Source of the DNA: the human T2T-CHM13v2.0 reference genome, Homo sapiens
Assembly (NCBI RefSeq): GCF_009914755.1
Contig: NC_060927.1
Reading direction: 5' to 3' (one strand)
DNA length: 64,000 nt
Shown: positions 1-13,980 of the stretch, one piece after another
How positions within the stretch are numbered: the first letter of the stretch is position 1
Layout of the letters: each line of letters begins with the position of its first letter
Translations under genes and position numbers: made by a program
Notes under the pieces: generated by a model
Databases searched by the model: none
What the model saw: the letters and a program-made list of their open reading frames with translations, nothing else
Told to the model about the DNA's origin: nothing

Positions 1-137
1 TTGCTTCACTAATGTAATGTAATGCAGAGGAAACTGGGTACACTATTTATGTGTTAACTTCAACAGTTTTCTGTAAATCTAAAAAGAAAAACATGGCTTA
101 GCTTATGGAATTAGCTTATGTTAAGATAATTTTACAG

Positions 138-266
138 AAGAAACTATGACTTTTCTTTAATATCGTTAAGATTACATGACCAGTTTTCTATGGTGATGTT
201 GGCTGTGTGGTTCAGTGGATAAACATATAGCAGCAGACATTAATTGTGTTTCGTTATAAAAGCTTG
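138..266 (+). pseudogene. Exon remnant 1 (129 nt, phase 0-0)
   Basis: ttttacag|AAG...TTG|gtaaat; KKL*LFFNIVKIT*PVFYGDVGCVVQWINI*QQTLIVFRYKSL (3 stops). Confidence 0.45.
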
Positions 267-421
267 GTAAATATAAGCACTGCTTTCAGGAGAAGCAAGG
301 AAGAGAAATAATTGTATTGCTTTCTTGAACAAAATAAGTAAATGTTCCTATTTCTAAATCAGATTAGGGTTTCTGTTTTGTCTTCTTTTTTTCAATTTTC
401 TGCCTCTAATTAAATAAAAAG

Positions 422-587
422 TACGAAAAGAAAGCAGAAGAATTTTTAAGAGATATTACTGGGGCAGAGAGACCTTTTTTAAAAAGACGCAATCTTAGAA
501 GCTGTCTTTTTTTGCATCTGGTATACTGTCAAGTTGATGATATGAATTCCTCAAGGAATATAATAGATTTTCATATAGTTTATGCAG
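422..587 (+). pseudogene. Exon remnant 2 (166 nt, phase 0-1)
   Basis: Pyrimidine tract then A-rich aaaaag|TAC; donor CAG|gtatga. Open frame YEKKAEEFLRDITGAERPF...IVYA. Internal compensating frameshifts are possible (other frames give DAILEAVFF and YEFLKEYNRFSYSL). Confidence 0.5.
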
Positions 588-1190
588 GTATGAGATAAAT
601 GATTTTTAGTGATACAACATTGAAAAAGTGAATATCAGATACTCTACATAGTTGTTCTCTGACATATATTTAAAACTCAGTGCTCCCAAGGTAGTTTAAC
701 AAGCTGTGTGCTGTCCAGAAAGATGTGAACAATGTGAGCATTTTTTTCAGAGAAACTGTAATCCAGTTATTAATTGGATAGCTGAATGAGGATGAGAGGA
801 TTATAGCTTTCATCTTGTGGCTTATCAAAACCAGTATCTGCATCTTGCCCGCTTTTTAAATTTTAATTAGAATTGACAGCAGAAGTCAAATCCTTTAGGC
901 AATATGAAAATAGTATATCATACATTCAAGTTAATGCATTTTAAAATTTATTATTGAGGTAGTCTTTATCCCAGTGATAGACAGGGGCTTGGAGATCATC
1001 TACAACACTACTGAGAACTCTTTAACACCACGTTAGGCATACCCATCTACCACAATGAAAACATTGAAGTGATATTCGCATTTTGCTTTTATCTCCTGGA
1101 ATTTCATAACATATGAGGAGCATGTGGTCATATGAGATCAAGGAAGATAAATGCTAATCTGCATTTTTCTTAAATGGGCAAAATAAGTCA

Positions 1191-1197
<7 letters not shown>

Positions 1198-1223
<26 letters not shown>

Positions 1224-1513
1224 TTTTTTTGAGACGGAGTCTCACTCTGTTTCCCAGGCTGGAGTGCAGTGGCACAATCTTGCCTCACTGCAACCTCCGA
1301 CCCCCCTGGTTCAAGTGATTCTCCTGCCTCAGCCTCCCAAGTAGCTGGAATTACAGGTGCCCACCACCATGCCCGGCTAATTTTTGTATTTTTAGTAGAA
1401 ACGGGGTTTCACCACGTTGGCCAGGCTGGTCTCGAACTCCTGGCCTCAAGTGATCCACTTGCCTCAGCCTCCCAAAGTGCTGGGATTGCAGGCGTGAGCC
1501 ACCGAGCCTGACC
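1198..1513 (-). mobile_element. AluS (Sx/Sz-like), full length
   Basis: Alu dimer, poly-T tail, 13-bp TSD aagtcacttttct (1185-1197 and 1514-1526). Confidence 0.95.
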
Positions 1514-1953
1514 AAGTCACTTTTCTAATGTATTCTACATCTAAATATGTTCTACAGTCTCTTGTTGCTGTCTTTGCAGAGTTCAAGTTTATATTTCCAC
1601 TGAAGCTAATGACTAATACAATGCTTTGGAATTTGTGGGGTTCTGATCTTTTCTTGTTTAGAACTATTTTCAAATAAACACATTTCTTTTTGTTTCTTTT
1701 TTAAATGTGCAAAATCACAACTGATGTTTGCCTCTGTATCTTCTATTGAAGTTCAGTATTCTCTATTTGGTATTTTTCATGACTTAGAAAATGTAATTAT
1801 TTCCATGTCACAAAAATAAAACTATTTATAATTATGATAACCTTTACAAGTGATTTTTCCCAAAGGATAATTGACTTTAATATTTAAAATATAAGTTTGG
1901 CATATACCTCTAATTGTGTGTGGAGACAAACTCATTTCTTCTTCTATTTACAG

Positions 1954-2119
1954 GTACATAAATGCATATGATACTCTGATCTCATTATAGGATTAATAAC
2001 CTTCTTTCATTTAGAGTATTTTTATTGTCTCCATATCTAGCATCTAAACTAAAATTTTATGGTTTTCTATAGAAGCAGCTCAATTCTTGTTTATACAGTG
2101 TAAAACTTAGCAGCTATCA
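1954..2119 (+). pseudogene. Exon remnant 3 (166 nt, phase 1-2)
   Basis: Strong acceptor ttcttcttctatttacag|; donor TCA|gtgcgt; ...SHYRINNLLSFRVFLLSPYLASKLKFYGFL*KQL..., resembling the DH 'L.SFLL.P' helix; 3 stops. Confidence 0.5.
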
Positions 2120-2213
2120 GTGCGTTTATCATCCATGAAGCTCATTTCACATCTCATCTATTATATGAATAAAATGTGAAGATAATTATGTTTTTCTAAA
2201 ATGACATTGTTAG

Positions 2214-2252
2214 GACTGATCCCCCCAGTCAAATTAAATTCCACTATTTCAA
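2214..2252 (+). pseudogene. Exon remnant 4 (39 nt, phase 2-2)
   Basis: ttgttag|GAC...CAA|gtaagt; open TDPPSQIKFHYF. Confidence 0.5.
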
Positions 2253-2911
2253 GTAAGTTTACAGATTATTTTTATCTTACTATTGATTCTTGAACAGAAA
2301 TACCAATAAATTAGTGAAGAAAGACCATATATCTAACGGTAGCTCCCAAAACACAGACCGTGACCTCCAAGCTACAAGTGAAAATATCAGTAATGGGAAC
2401 TAAAAGGAAATGGAATGAAACTCCTTTAGCCTTTTCTGTTTGGTAAGGAAGGGTCCACATTCTGTGAGGCCTGAAACTGATATAATTTGAGGTAGAGGTT
2501 TTCTAAGAAAAAAATATATAACTACAAACTCATAATGAGGTTCCAAAGTAAGTATTTAGAATCAACAATTACTAGAGCTTTGGAGATAGAGATTAATTTC
2601 ATCCAAGATATTTCAAGGTTATTTATCAGAGTTGCTTCCAATGTTGTTTACCCTATTTACCTAGAACCTTCCACAATTTCCAGAAACTCCCTGCGCTCTC
2701 AGCAGTTAGATAGGAGGGCTCCATAGTTTAAGCATCATTAGCTTCAGGGTAAATCTGCACTTGCCTGTTCTGATGATGATTATCTGTGTCTCTGCCTGCT
2801 GTGTTTCTAAACCTGCTTCCTCTGCTGTTCTGGGCTACCACCCAAAATGGGGGCCCGCTTGATTAGCTTTATTTTTTTTGACTGTCTCTATCTTTTCCAT
2901 TAAAAAAAAAG

Positions 2912-2958
2912 GCTTTTTGCAATAATATGACATACTTAAACCTGTTTGTTTATGGCAG
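2912..2958 (+). pseudogene. Exon remnant 5 (47 nt, phase 2-1)
   Basis: tctatcttttccattaaaaaaaaag|GCT...CAG|gtgaga; LFAII*HT*TCLFMA in the chained frame. Confidence 0.45.
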
Positions 2959-4262
2959 GTGAGAATATCTGTTTAAATATAATTCTTAAGAAATTTTTCT
3001 CCTCTTGTGAGTACAGATAAATATGAGGATGTACTCTTTATACTTTGGGAAAAGAGTATTTGCAGTTGACAACCTGATCTACCTGAATGGTCAGAGGTAA
3101 AACTGTTACCCTAAGGATAAACAGAGTTCAGGCACTCAAACTGGGTCTAAGTTTTCTAAAGAGGCCATTTTTTTAATGAAGCATCATAAGCAAAAATGAT
3201 TTCATCAATGTTTCTGTGAGATCCAATGCCCATAGACCCAGAGCATTGTGACCAGCCTTCAACGTGGGGGACGGGAATTCCAAGGATGATCTCATTATAC
3301 TGCATTTCACTGATTTCAAACTGGTCACACATGTGCAGGTAGCTGAGCCAATTTACATTTAAAAGATTTTCACTACAGCTCTTCGGTACTAGCTAGTGCA
3401 TGAGCACAATCGTGTAAACACAATTTATGTTTTCCTAATCTTTTCCAGAATTATTATTCAAATGCTGACTAACCTATTGTTATTAAGGCTTCAGCCAACT
3501 ATGAAGAGTTAGTTGATAATAATCTAATATATAAATCTTTCTCCATTTTTCCATAGACTCTTGAGTCAAAGATTTTAGACTCTAAAGGTATAAACTGCTA
3601 ATGATATAATGAAACATAGATAAAACTATATACAAATGTCCCAAATAAAAGTAAATGGCAATTTGTAGGCAGGAGCACAGGGGGTGAGGTCAATCCATTC
3701 TTTGGAGTTGTATAGATAATACAACAGTTGAACATTATATTACAATCACAAATGGGTTAAATTTGGCTTTTGTAATGCAAGGTTTTGAGAGATCTAAGAA
3801 TTGGAGCATTTTTTAAAATATGGGAAAGAAAATATATAAACACCAAATCAAGGCATTTTGCATTGTACTACTCATCTTTTGAATTAAAAGACTCAAAAAT
3901 AGTATAATTTTGCCTGCTACTGTTTTCCTACATAAATTCAATTATAAAATGAAACATTTTCAACTCATTAATCTTTCTAGCAATAAACTATTCTATAGAT
4001 AAAATCTAAAGTTGATATTAAGAACTGTTGGGGATATGGGGAATAAAAGAGAAGGACTATTACATTTGTTGAAACAAGTTTGTTCTGGGCATTGTGCTAA
4101 GAATTGTAAGTTATTCCATTTGATCTAATGAGTAATAGAAACAAGCAAATCAAAGTGGAAATGAGAATTTCAAGTTGGTGTAATTAGTGTTATGAAAGAT
4201 GTTTCACAGACTAATGTGGGAACATATTTTTTTTTGAAATTGCAGTCCATAAAAGCTTCTTG

Positions 4263-4566
<304 letters not shown>

Positions 4567-4579
4567 GAAAAGCTTCTTG

Positions 4580-4900
4580 AGGAAGTGACAGGCTGATATG
4601 TAACCCATCTCTTGAAGGGTAGATACAAGGTGAACAGGTGAAGAAGAAGAAGGAAAATGTTTCCCAGGCAGATGGAAGAGTATATGAAAAGTTCAAAATT
4701 TGAATGAAAGTATATTTTCAGTAGATATTTAGGATAGTTGAATCACAAGGAGTGAAGGTGATAGAGAGGAGGATAGAAAGGTAAGTGTGAGATGAGGCTA
4801 AAATTTTATTTTATAATCAGAACAATGGGAAGCCATTGATCAGTTTTGAGAAATTAATATGATCAGAGTTCCAGTTTAAGAAGTACCTTAAGGTTACAGA
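4580..4900 (-). mobile_element. L2 fragment
   Basis: Typical L2 segment 'aatgggaagccattga...tgatcaga'; approximate limits. Confidence 0.55.
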
Positions 4901-6452
4901 GAAGGAAAGACTAAAAGCACTGCTAGAATGTCTGTATATTACATTACAATATTTTAGAGTAATCAATGTAATATTATATATATACCAGTTAGTTTAGGCT
5001 TCAGATCTGGGCCTGGGTATCTAACATACATCATGATTGCACAGCCAAAGAAGGTGGTCAACTAGCCTCAAATCAAACACAGCCACATCCCAGGGGCTAC
5101 CACTGAAAGCCTTTCTCTAGTCCTATCTCCAACAACAACCAATTCTTTGATAAATAGCATACTGAATGTTAAAAATAGTGTTTATTGATATAACTAGACA
5201 CCTGTCAATTAGCAAGATGAATGCTAGAAAAAGAATATCATTTATTAAGTTAAATATTTTAAAGACACGTAGAGTGACTAAAATTTATACACCTTCAAAC
5301 TTTACCTGACAGGATGTAAGAATTAAGGATGGTGTCTGAGGTTTGAACCTTGATTGTTTCTCCACTCAGGCATTAGTTTAGAGGATTTCTGATTGTGTGG
5401 TGCCAACTAAAGGCAATAATTGAGTTTATGGTTTTGCTAAAGACTATCTGTCTAATAAATGTCTATATATTTGTCAGAATTTGGCCTGATACTTGCTTTT
5501 ATTAAAAGTTAATAGCGGGGTAATAGGAGAATAGTTAATCCTTGATACCTGAAATTTCTTTGACAGCTATTACTATCTACCAGAAAGAACCTAAGCATTA
5601 TGCAGAAACAATTTGGCAATGTGGGACTTTTTTTGTCAATTGCATGTCCACATCAGACAATATCATCTCTTCTTTTACAGGAAGGATGGTGATAGCATGG
5701 AAAAGCAAGTTGTAAATGGTGGCTAAATTGATTTAAAAATGTAAGAGGTAGACTCAATAGAATATATTAATTATTAATAAGATGAAGAGATTATAGATTG
5801 AGGAAGAGGAAAGAAAGAAAATTACTGTCTTATTTTCTGATACTAGCAACTGTGTTGGAAAAGTTTACATTTACTAAGACAGAAAACAAAAGTAGGAAAG
5901 CAGGTGTAGGGAAACATGGTGAGTTCAGTTTTGTAAATATTGAATTTAAAGTGCCTGAAATATTCAAGCGGAGTTAGTAGAAGTCAGTTAGATATGCAAG
6001 TCTGAAACCATACAGGATCTGTGAATTTGTGAATCACAAATCTGTGATTCGTAAATGTGCAATGGGACCCAACCTTCCTAGTAAAAGGAATCAAAGTAAC
6101 AGGTAACTTAAATAATGGTAATCACCTAGCCAATGAACTTGTTCTATTTTTCAGTCCCAGATTTCTCCCAGGTAGCAATGTTGACTGGAAGAATTAAAGA
6201 CATAAGCTGATAGGCAACTATATGCTTATAAGCACTAGTTAAAAACAAATGTTGTTAGAAACAATACATATGCAGTTTCCAGGAGCTCCGAAGTATTCTG
6301 GGCTAACTTAATTCATTTTTATATAGCTTAACTTGACTCCTCCTGAGACTTTCTCCCAAAGTGAACCTAATTAGACCTTGAGTTTCTTTGCTTTTCATAT
6401 ATATCACATTGATGTGGTGCATTTTTTTTTTTTGTCCATTACATATTATTAG

Positions 6453-6505
6453 CCTAAACAATAGTCTCCATTTCAAAGGGAATCCAGGGTGAGGTGAATG
6501 TACAG
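6453..6505 (+). pseudogene. Exon remnant 6 (53 nt, phase 1-0)
   Basis: T-tract then tattag|CC; consensus donor CAG|gtaagt; *TIVSISKGIQGEVNVQ. An alternative acceptor at 6464/6465 keeps the same phase. Confidence 0.55.
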
Positions 6506-6624
6506 GTAAGTCTCACTTGCACACTTTCACTTCTTACCTCATCTCTTTCCTGTGGTAAAAATACATATTCTATAAATTCCCCATTTCTATTATGTTTATT
6601 TATCTATAAAAGCCCCTCTCCCTT

Positions 6625-7635
6625 TACTAAAGTACAATTGACTAATAAAAATTGTATATATTTTCGGCATACAACATGGCATTTTTGTATAGGTATATAC
6701 TGTGAGATAATTGAATCAGTCTAATTAACATATCCATCACTTCACATACAGTTTTAGTCCATTCAGGCTGCTATAACAAAATACCTTAAATTGGGTAATT
6801 GATAAGCAACAGAGATTTATTGCTTATAGCTCTGGAGGCTGGAAAGTCTAAGATCAAGGCTCTGGCAGATTTCATGTTTAGTGAGGGCTCAATCTCTGCT
6901 TCACAAATGGTGCATTTTTGCTGTGTCCTCACATGACAGAAGGAACAAACAAGCTGCCTTGGGCCTTTCTCATAAGGGCACCAATCCCTTTCATGAGGGC
7001 TCTGCCTCCTGACTGAATCACCTCCCAAAAGGCCCTACTTCTTCATGCTATCAAATTGGAATCTGGGTTTCAACATATGAACTCTAGGGGAACACATACA
7101 TTTGGATCACAGCACATACTTATCATTTTCTATGGTGAGAATTTTTAATTATATTCTTTTAATATTTTTCAAGTATATAATAAATTATTATTGACTATAA
7201 CCATCATGCTGTACAATAGATCTCCAGAAATTACTCCTCCTATTTAACTGAAACTTGGTATCCTTTGACCAACAGCTCCCTGCCATCCAGCCCCTGACAA
7301 CTACCATTCTATTTTCTGCTTCTATGAGTGTGAACTTGTTAAGATTCCACGTATAACTGGGATCATGCGGTATTTGTCTTTCTGTGCTTAACTTATTGCA
7401 TTTAGCATTATGCCCTCTAGTTTCATCCATGTTGTCACACATGATATAATTTCCTTCTCTATAAAGGATACATGGATAGTATTCCATTATGTATATGTGA
7501 TATTTTCTTTATCCATTTATCCACTGATGAATACTTAGGTTGATTCTATACTTTGGCGATTGTGGGTAATGCTGCAATTATCATTGAAATACAAATATCT
7601 CTTCAACCTATCAATTTTATTTCCTTTGAATATGA
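6625..7635 (-). mobile_element. L1MA-type 3' end, interrupted by MLT1A
   Basis: Reverse complement of the L1 3'UTR and ORF2 end ('gtacaatagatctcca', 'ttcatccatgttgtc', 'tatccatttatccact'). Confidence 0.8.
6750..7114 (-). mobile_element. MLT1A0-like solo LTR (MaLR)
   Basis: 365 bp, MLT1A motifs, 5-bp TSD catac. Confidence 0.85.
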
Positions 7636-7841
7636 AAATCCTGATGACATATTTATTTCTTAGAATACACTGACTTTAAATGTTGTATTTCTACTCACTA
7701 TTTCTAATACATTTTTATAAGTGTGTATTATATGCTATACCTTCAGATTAGTATTCCTTTCTCAACATAGTTGTTCAGTCAGAATGAAGAGTCAGAAGAG
7801 AAAATGTCCGTGAAAAAGACTTAAAAAAACAAGCAAACAAA

Positions 7842-8194
7842 CAATATGGTTTGACTGTGTCCCCACCCAAATCTCAACTTGAATTGTATCTCCCAGAATT
7901 TCCATGTATTGTGGGAGGGTCCCAGGGGGAGCTAACTGAATCATGGGGGCTGGTCTTTCCTGTGATAGTCTTGTGATAGTGAATAAGTTCAAGAGATCTG
8001 ACGGGTTTATCAGGAGTTTCTGCCTCTGGTTCTTCTATAGTTTCTCTTGCCACTGCCAGGTAAGAAGTGCCTTTTACCTCCCGCCATGATTCTGAGGCCT
8101 CCCCAGCCATGTGGAACTGTGAGTCCAATTAAACATCTTTTTATTCCCAGCATAGGGTATGTCTTTATCAGCAGCGTGAAAACAGACTAATACA
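7842..8194 (+). mobile_element. THE1A-like solo LTR
   Basis: atatggtttgactgtgtccccacccaaatctc...cagactaataca. Confidence 0.9.
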
Positions 8195-8265
8195 AACTGA
8201 ACCAAAAAAGCCAGATTTAGAACAGAAGCCCCCAAAAGGGCAAATCTTATAAGAGTTAGAGATGA

Positions 8266-8610
<345 letters not shown>

Positions 8611-9143
8611 TTAAAAAAGAACAGGTGTTTCAGGATAAAAGGTGTGATCAACAATGCCAATTGCTCCCAAAGGTGGTAAATATCCACTGTGTTTAGCTAT
8701 AGTGAGGTTAGTGCTGATATTTTTATAACAATATCAGGAAAGCAGTATGGAAATAAGTCAGAAAGCAATTATCTGGGGGGCTGGTAAATGTTGAAAATCT
8801 GGAAAACATGAGTGAATGTTTAAAAACAATTATTTTGGAATGTATAGCTTGGTAGGGAGAAAAGGGTTAGGGTGGTTTTTAAAAGACTCCATAATACTGA
8901 CAGTGATTACTTTTTGATATAGAAGGAACATGCTTAAATTTCAGTTTAGTAATTCAAATGAGATAAAATATGCAGAGAGAAAGAGGATGAAGGTTAATAA
9001 TTATAGGTAATAATCAATTGATCAAATTACCTGAGAAAGAGAAATTCATGGGTCCCAGAGAACAAAGCTGAGAGATCAGGTATGGAGAGGAGAGAGGCTT
9101 TCCCCACTGTCTCAAGACAAAAGGAGGAAAAGGCATATATATA

Positions 9144-9174
9144 GTGTGTGTGTGTATGTGTGTGTGTGTGTGTA

Positions 9175-9205
<31 letters not shown>

Positions 9206-9209
9206 GTGT
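9144..9209. repeat. Interrupted (TG)n microsatellite
   Basis: Directly visible. Confidence 0.95.
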
Positions 9210-9280
9210 ATAGATAGACAGATGGCAAAAGTTTTTGAATGCTTATTATGTGCAACCATATTTCCAAATCTTCACATGTA

Positions 9281-9452
9281 CTAGATCAGTGGTTCTGAAA
9301 CTGTGTTCTTTGTTGCTGTGCTACAGTGTCAGCATCACCTAGGAAATTGTTAGAAAGGCCATTCGGCAAAATTCTAAGAATGAGGCTGTCTGCTATAACA
9401 AGATTGCTGGGTGACTGTGATACTCGTGCAAGTCTAAGACCACTGCTCTAGT
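9281..9452. mobile_element. MER5-family (hAT-Charlie) element inserted in a MIR
   Basis: cagtggttct...accactg termini, 'agcatcacctaggaaattgttagaa'; MIR pieces flank it. Confidence 0.7.
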
Positions 9453-10094
9453 ACATTTAACCATGCAATGCATTAGATATTAGGATTGTGTACATTTCAC
9501 AGACAAAAAAGCTGAGGCACAGAAATTTTATGTAGTTTTCCAAAAATAACCAGCTGTCTGGATTTAAAGCCTATACTCTTAAGTTCTATCTTATGTTGCA
9601 TCTAAGAGTTTGTAAAATTGGTGATAGGAGACTAAGAAATTTTCTGTTCAACGATTTCAATGTTTAGTTGTTGATTTCCCTGCAACTCAAGAAACAGCAT
9701 TACTTACTGAGATTGAGAGTGGTAAATGATGGGATTAGTATAAATGCTGAAGGCTTAACATAGTTTCTGTAGAAAATTAGATACATACTTGAGTGGAGCA
9801 AAAGGAAGAATTGTTGATTACCATTAAAGGTCAATTGATATTAAATACCCATGAATCTATAAAGGCAACAATCTGCAAGGTTGTTAGTTTTCTCCAGTAT
9901 TATTTAGGAATGAAGAAGTGAAACAGATTAATCTATCCAGAATTCCCTCAGCAAGAGTCATACAAAGATAGAGAGGCAAGAAAGTAAAAAACAACAACAA
10001 CAACAAAAAACAGAAACAAAAACAAAAAGAAGTACAAGAATGGTTATAATGACAGAGAATGCCATCTAAATTGGATGAGAAAGGAAGTAAAAAC

Positions 10095-10560
10095 ACTCAT
10101 TTTTCCAGGTGATGTCACCCACATCTGTGATTTCCATTATAGATAACCCCAAAGTCTAGCTCTCCAGTTCAGACTGTGTCTTTGAACTGGAGACCTATAT
10201 ACTCAACTGCTTATTCAAAATCACCACTCAGATATCTCAAGAATGCCTCAAACTCAAACGCAGTACAGCATATCTTTTTACCCACTAAACTTGGTCTTCT
10301 TCCAGAGTCTCCCACTTCACTGAGTGTCACCACTATCCATGCAGTTGTTTAGGACAGATGAGTTGTATGTTGCACCCTCTTGTCTTCATATACAATGCAT
10401 GGCCAAGTTTAGCTAATGTTTATCCCCTAAATCCTTGTCAAATTTGTTCTTCTGATCTCCTTTTGCACTACTGTCCCTTGATCTCTTGTGTGAAGTGTAG
10501 ACCAGTCTCCAGAAACTCATCCGCACCCTGATCTCAGTTTCACACTCTAACCAAAGTAAC
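10095..10560 (+). mobile_element. L2 fragment
   Basis: 'actcaactgcttattcaaaatcaccactcagatatctc...ctcaaactcaa'. Confidence 0.6.
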
Positions 10561-10799
10561 TTTTTAGCTCAACAATGTATGTTTCAACTAGTCTTTTCTT
10601 GGACTTTTTGGTTAAGGGTAAGAGTCTTTCATATGGCTAGGTTAATTTGGTATTTTTCAAACTGACTTTGACATGGTTAAACTTTCTTACAACACACACT
10701 CGCAAAACTATTGTCAAGTATCTTGTAGAACTTAACATTGTTGAGCTTTTATGGTTATGTATTATTATTTGTTAAATATCTATACCCATTTCCAGCTAG

Positions 10800-11140
10800 G
10801 ATTTATTTATTTACTCACTAATTTTTTTTTCTTCAAGGTTTTGGAGACCTAGCACTGAACAATATAGGCTAGGCCACTTGCTCTCATGGAACTTACATTC
10901 TTGCTCACGGATATGGACAATAATTATATAAACAACTGAAGGAATATTATAGATTCTGATGGTAATTTCCTTAGTAAAATCAATTAGGTAAGGTAGGATG
11001 ACAGATTGAGAATGTACTACCTTTGATATTATGACCAATGGTATACCTTTGAGGAGATGAAATTTGAGCTGAGAACTGAATGACGAGGACAGACCAGGCA
11101 TACTAATATCTGTGAGGTCAAGGTCTAGATAGAGAGGCAA
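10800..11140 (-). mobile_element. L2 3' fragment
   Basis: 'ctctcatggaacttacattct', 'tttgagctgagaactgaatga'. Confidence 0.6.
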
Positions 11141-11299
11141 GAAAGTTAAAGAAATTGGTACAAGACTGGTTGTAATAATGGAGAATCAGCTTGTTCACAT
11201 GACCATGCTAATACCTGGCATATAGTACCCACTGGTGATAAAATTATATTTCAGAATAAATGAAAAATAGATGTATGGATGAATGTATGATTTTTCCAG

Positions 11300-11380
11300 A
11301 TGGCAGAACTAAAGCTTCTAAAAATCAAGAGTGAAAGCTATTTTATGGTTATAAATTTGAAAGCGTTGCAGTAAGAAGAA
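11300..11380 (+). pseudogene. Exon remnant 7 (81 nt, phase 0-0)
   Basis: tttttccag|ATG...GAA|gtaagt; MAELKLLKIKSESYFMVINLKALQ*EE, loosely like the first DH helix (ELL.TE.SYV..L..L). Confidence 0.6.
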
Positions 11381-12397
11381 GTAAGTACATATTCAGAAAA
11401 TGTGTGGATAAGAATATTTTTCATCTTTCCAAAGAAGTTTACCGAATTATCTCTTTTAAAAAATATTCAACAAAAGAAATATAATCTGCTTTTCTTTTTA
11501 ATGCCCATAAAATAGTAATTTGATAAGGCAAGCTTTTCATTTTGTGAAGTAATTTGTTCATTATATATTTGGCTTAAAGATAGAATTACATAATAAAATG
11601 AGAGCTAGATCAGAAATTAACATTTTATAACTCATTCGCTGACAAGATTGTACTTTTATATAAAACAATATAGTCTTTAGTGGAGAGAAATCATAATAAG
11701 AACAGATGGTACCACTTTTAGATGAACCCTAAAGCCCTTTTTAGACTCCTAAAATAATATTTCAAAAATAACTCAAACAAATTTCTCGCCCTGTAAGTCT
11801 CTATTATTTGTGTATCCTACAGAGGGAAAATATCATGAACACACTAATTATAAAATCACAAACTAATTACACATTTCCTGTTGTTTATTTCTTGTCTAAA
11901 TATACTTAGGTTCACCCAAACTGTTCCTTTTCAGAGAAAAACAGGAAAATTCTGGGCAGGACCTCTAGGGTCTTTTGCTTTTGTTTTTGACCTTTTCTGG
12001 TTGTTGTTTGTTAGTTTTGTTTTCTTTCCTTAAATCAGTAAGGAGAAAAAAAATGGATCTTCCAGGGATCAATGTGTTTAGGCCTGAGAAAGCTCACTGG
12101 TTGCTTTACATTAATCATATCTTCAAATCTGAGACTAATAGTCAACCTTTTCATTCATTGTTAGTTCTTTCTCTAGGAGTGCGGACACATTAGCTTGGCA
12201 AGAGCTGTACTCTGATTACGATATATAATAATAAATAATGATTATACATAGGCTAATTATATCTGTAAATTTGTTTGTCATGGAAATATTTTGGGGATTC
12301 TATTTTTTTTTTTTTTGAGATTGTATCTGACTGTTTTAATGGAGAAGTGGAGGACTATGCCTATATTTTTTCTCACTTAACTTACTCTAATTCCCAG

Positions 12398-12553
12398 TGG
12401 TCTTTCTTCTACCTTCTGATGTAATGAGAGCTACACCTGAGACTCAGTGGGAACGACAAAGAAGCTGTAAGGAAGGAAACGACACTAAAAAGACAAAACG
12501 CTTTGTTATTTATTTAAGAAATCATTTCATTGTTTTCCACTTCCAACCTCAAG
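12398..12553 (+). pseudogene. Exon remnant 8 (156 nt)
   Basis: ctctaattcccag|TGG...AAG|gttaga. Phase-0 frame has 3 stops (..ELHLRLSGNDKEAVRK..). The phase-1 frame is fully open (..KRFVIYLRNHF..), so the ancestral frame is ambiguous. Confidence 0.6.
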
Positions 12554-12655
12554 GTTAGATGGAGTTAGAGAAAAATTTCTTTTGTTTCTTGTCTTTATTT
12601 TGGAAGATCTACTTTCTTTTTCTTTCTTTTTTTTTTTTTTTTTTTTTTTTTGAAG

Positions 12656-12808
12656 AAGAGACTAAGTATTTTTCAAGAGCGTATAGATAGACGGGAACAA
12701 AGCAACAGCATTGGGATAGAGAGTCAAAGCAGGCAGAGGCATATGGATGTGATCATGGTAGTAAGGTGGTTTAGGAGTCACTTGGATCTGATGGATAGAA
12801 TAACAGAA
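12656..12808 (+). pseudogene. Exon remnant 9 (153 nt, phase 0-0)
   Basis: Long T-tract with tandem gaag|AAG acceptor; GAA|gtaagc; open KRLSIFQERIDRREQSNSIGIESQSRQRHMDVIMVVRWFRSHLDLMDRITE (inside ORF 12650..12904). Confidence 0.7.
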
Positions 12809-13010
12809 GTAAGCTTTTGTGGAGTGAAACCTATATTCCACTTAATATCACACTTGTTGCAAGGCTCCTATGACATTAGTCCTAATATTATTCTCTTTGA
12901 TTAGATGAGGAATTCTGATCATAGAGAACTTAAGTAACTTGTTTAAATCTAGTAAAGAGTATAATTACTTTAATCCTATAATTTTGTCATTATATTACCT
13001 CTTAATATGA

Positions 13011-13348
<338 letters not shown>

Positions 13349-13683
13349 TTTTTTTTTTTTTTTTTTTTTTTTAAAACACATGCTACCCCTTGGTTACTCT
13401 AATATCTGGTTTAGATTCACTCATTGAATCAGATAGTTCCTTAATTATTTGGCTATTTAATAATAAATGCCAATATCTCCATATTCTATTTGCTATGTCC
13501 CTAAGACATTGGGAATATAGCAGTGTTTAGCAGAAGAATTTGTGCATACCTGAAGCCCATATTCAAATTCATGCATATAAGATCTATTTAATTATTTTAT
13601 TTAAAGTTCTAAAGAGTTAGTACTTGGTACTATTTGTAGGCATAGATAAAACTTTATCTATAAGCATAGAAAACATTCACAGT

Positions 13684-13980
13684 GTCTGGGCACGGTGGCT
13701 CACGCCTGTAATCCCAGCACTTCGGGAGGCTGAGGCAGGTGGATCACTAGGTCAGGAGATTGAGACCAGCTTGGCCAACATAGTGAAACCCCGTCTCTAC
13801 TAAAAATACAAAAATAAGCTGGGCATGGTGGGCCAAGCCTGTAATCCCAGCTTCTCTGGAGGCTGAGGCATGAGAGTCGCTCAAACCCAGGAGGACGAGA
13901 TGAGATTGTGCCACTGCACTCCAGCCTGGGCTACAGAGCAAGACTTGGTCTCAAAAAAAAAAAAAAAAAAAAAAAAGGAA
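13684..13980 (+). mobile_element. AluS (Sg/Sc-like) with small right-arm deletion
   Basis: 16-bp TSD agaaaacattcacagt. Confidence 0.9.

Noticed and set aside
6018-6052. Short palindrome atttgtgaatcacaaat
   Set aside because: Too short, AT-rich and inside a decayed L2-like region; no support for a structured RNA.
6479-6505. 27-nt collagen-like exon (GIQGE..)
   Set aside because: Gly-X-Y periodicity breaks at the third triplet and there are no other collagen-type exons.
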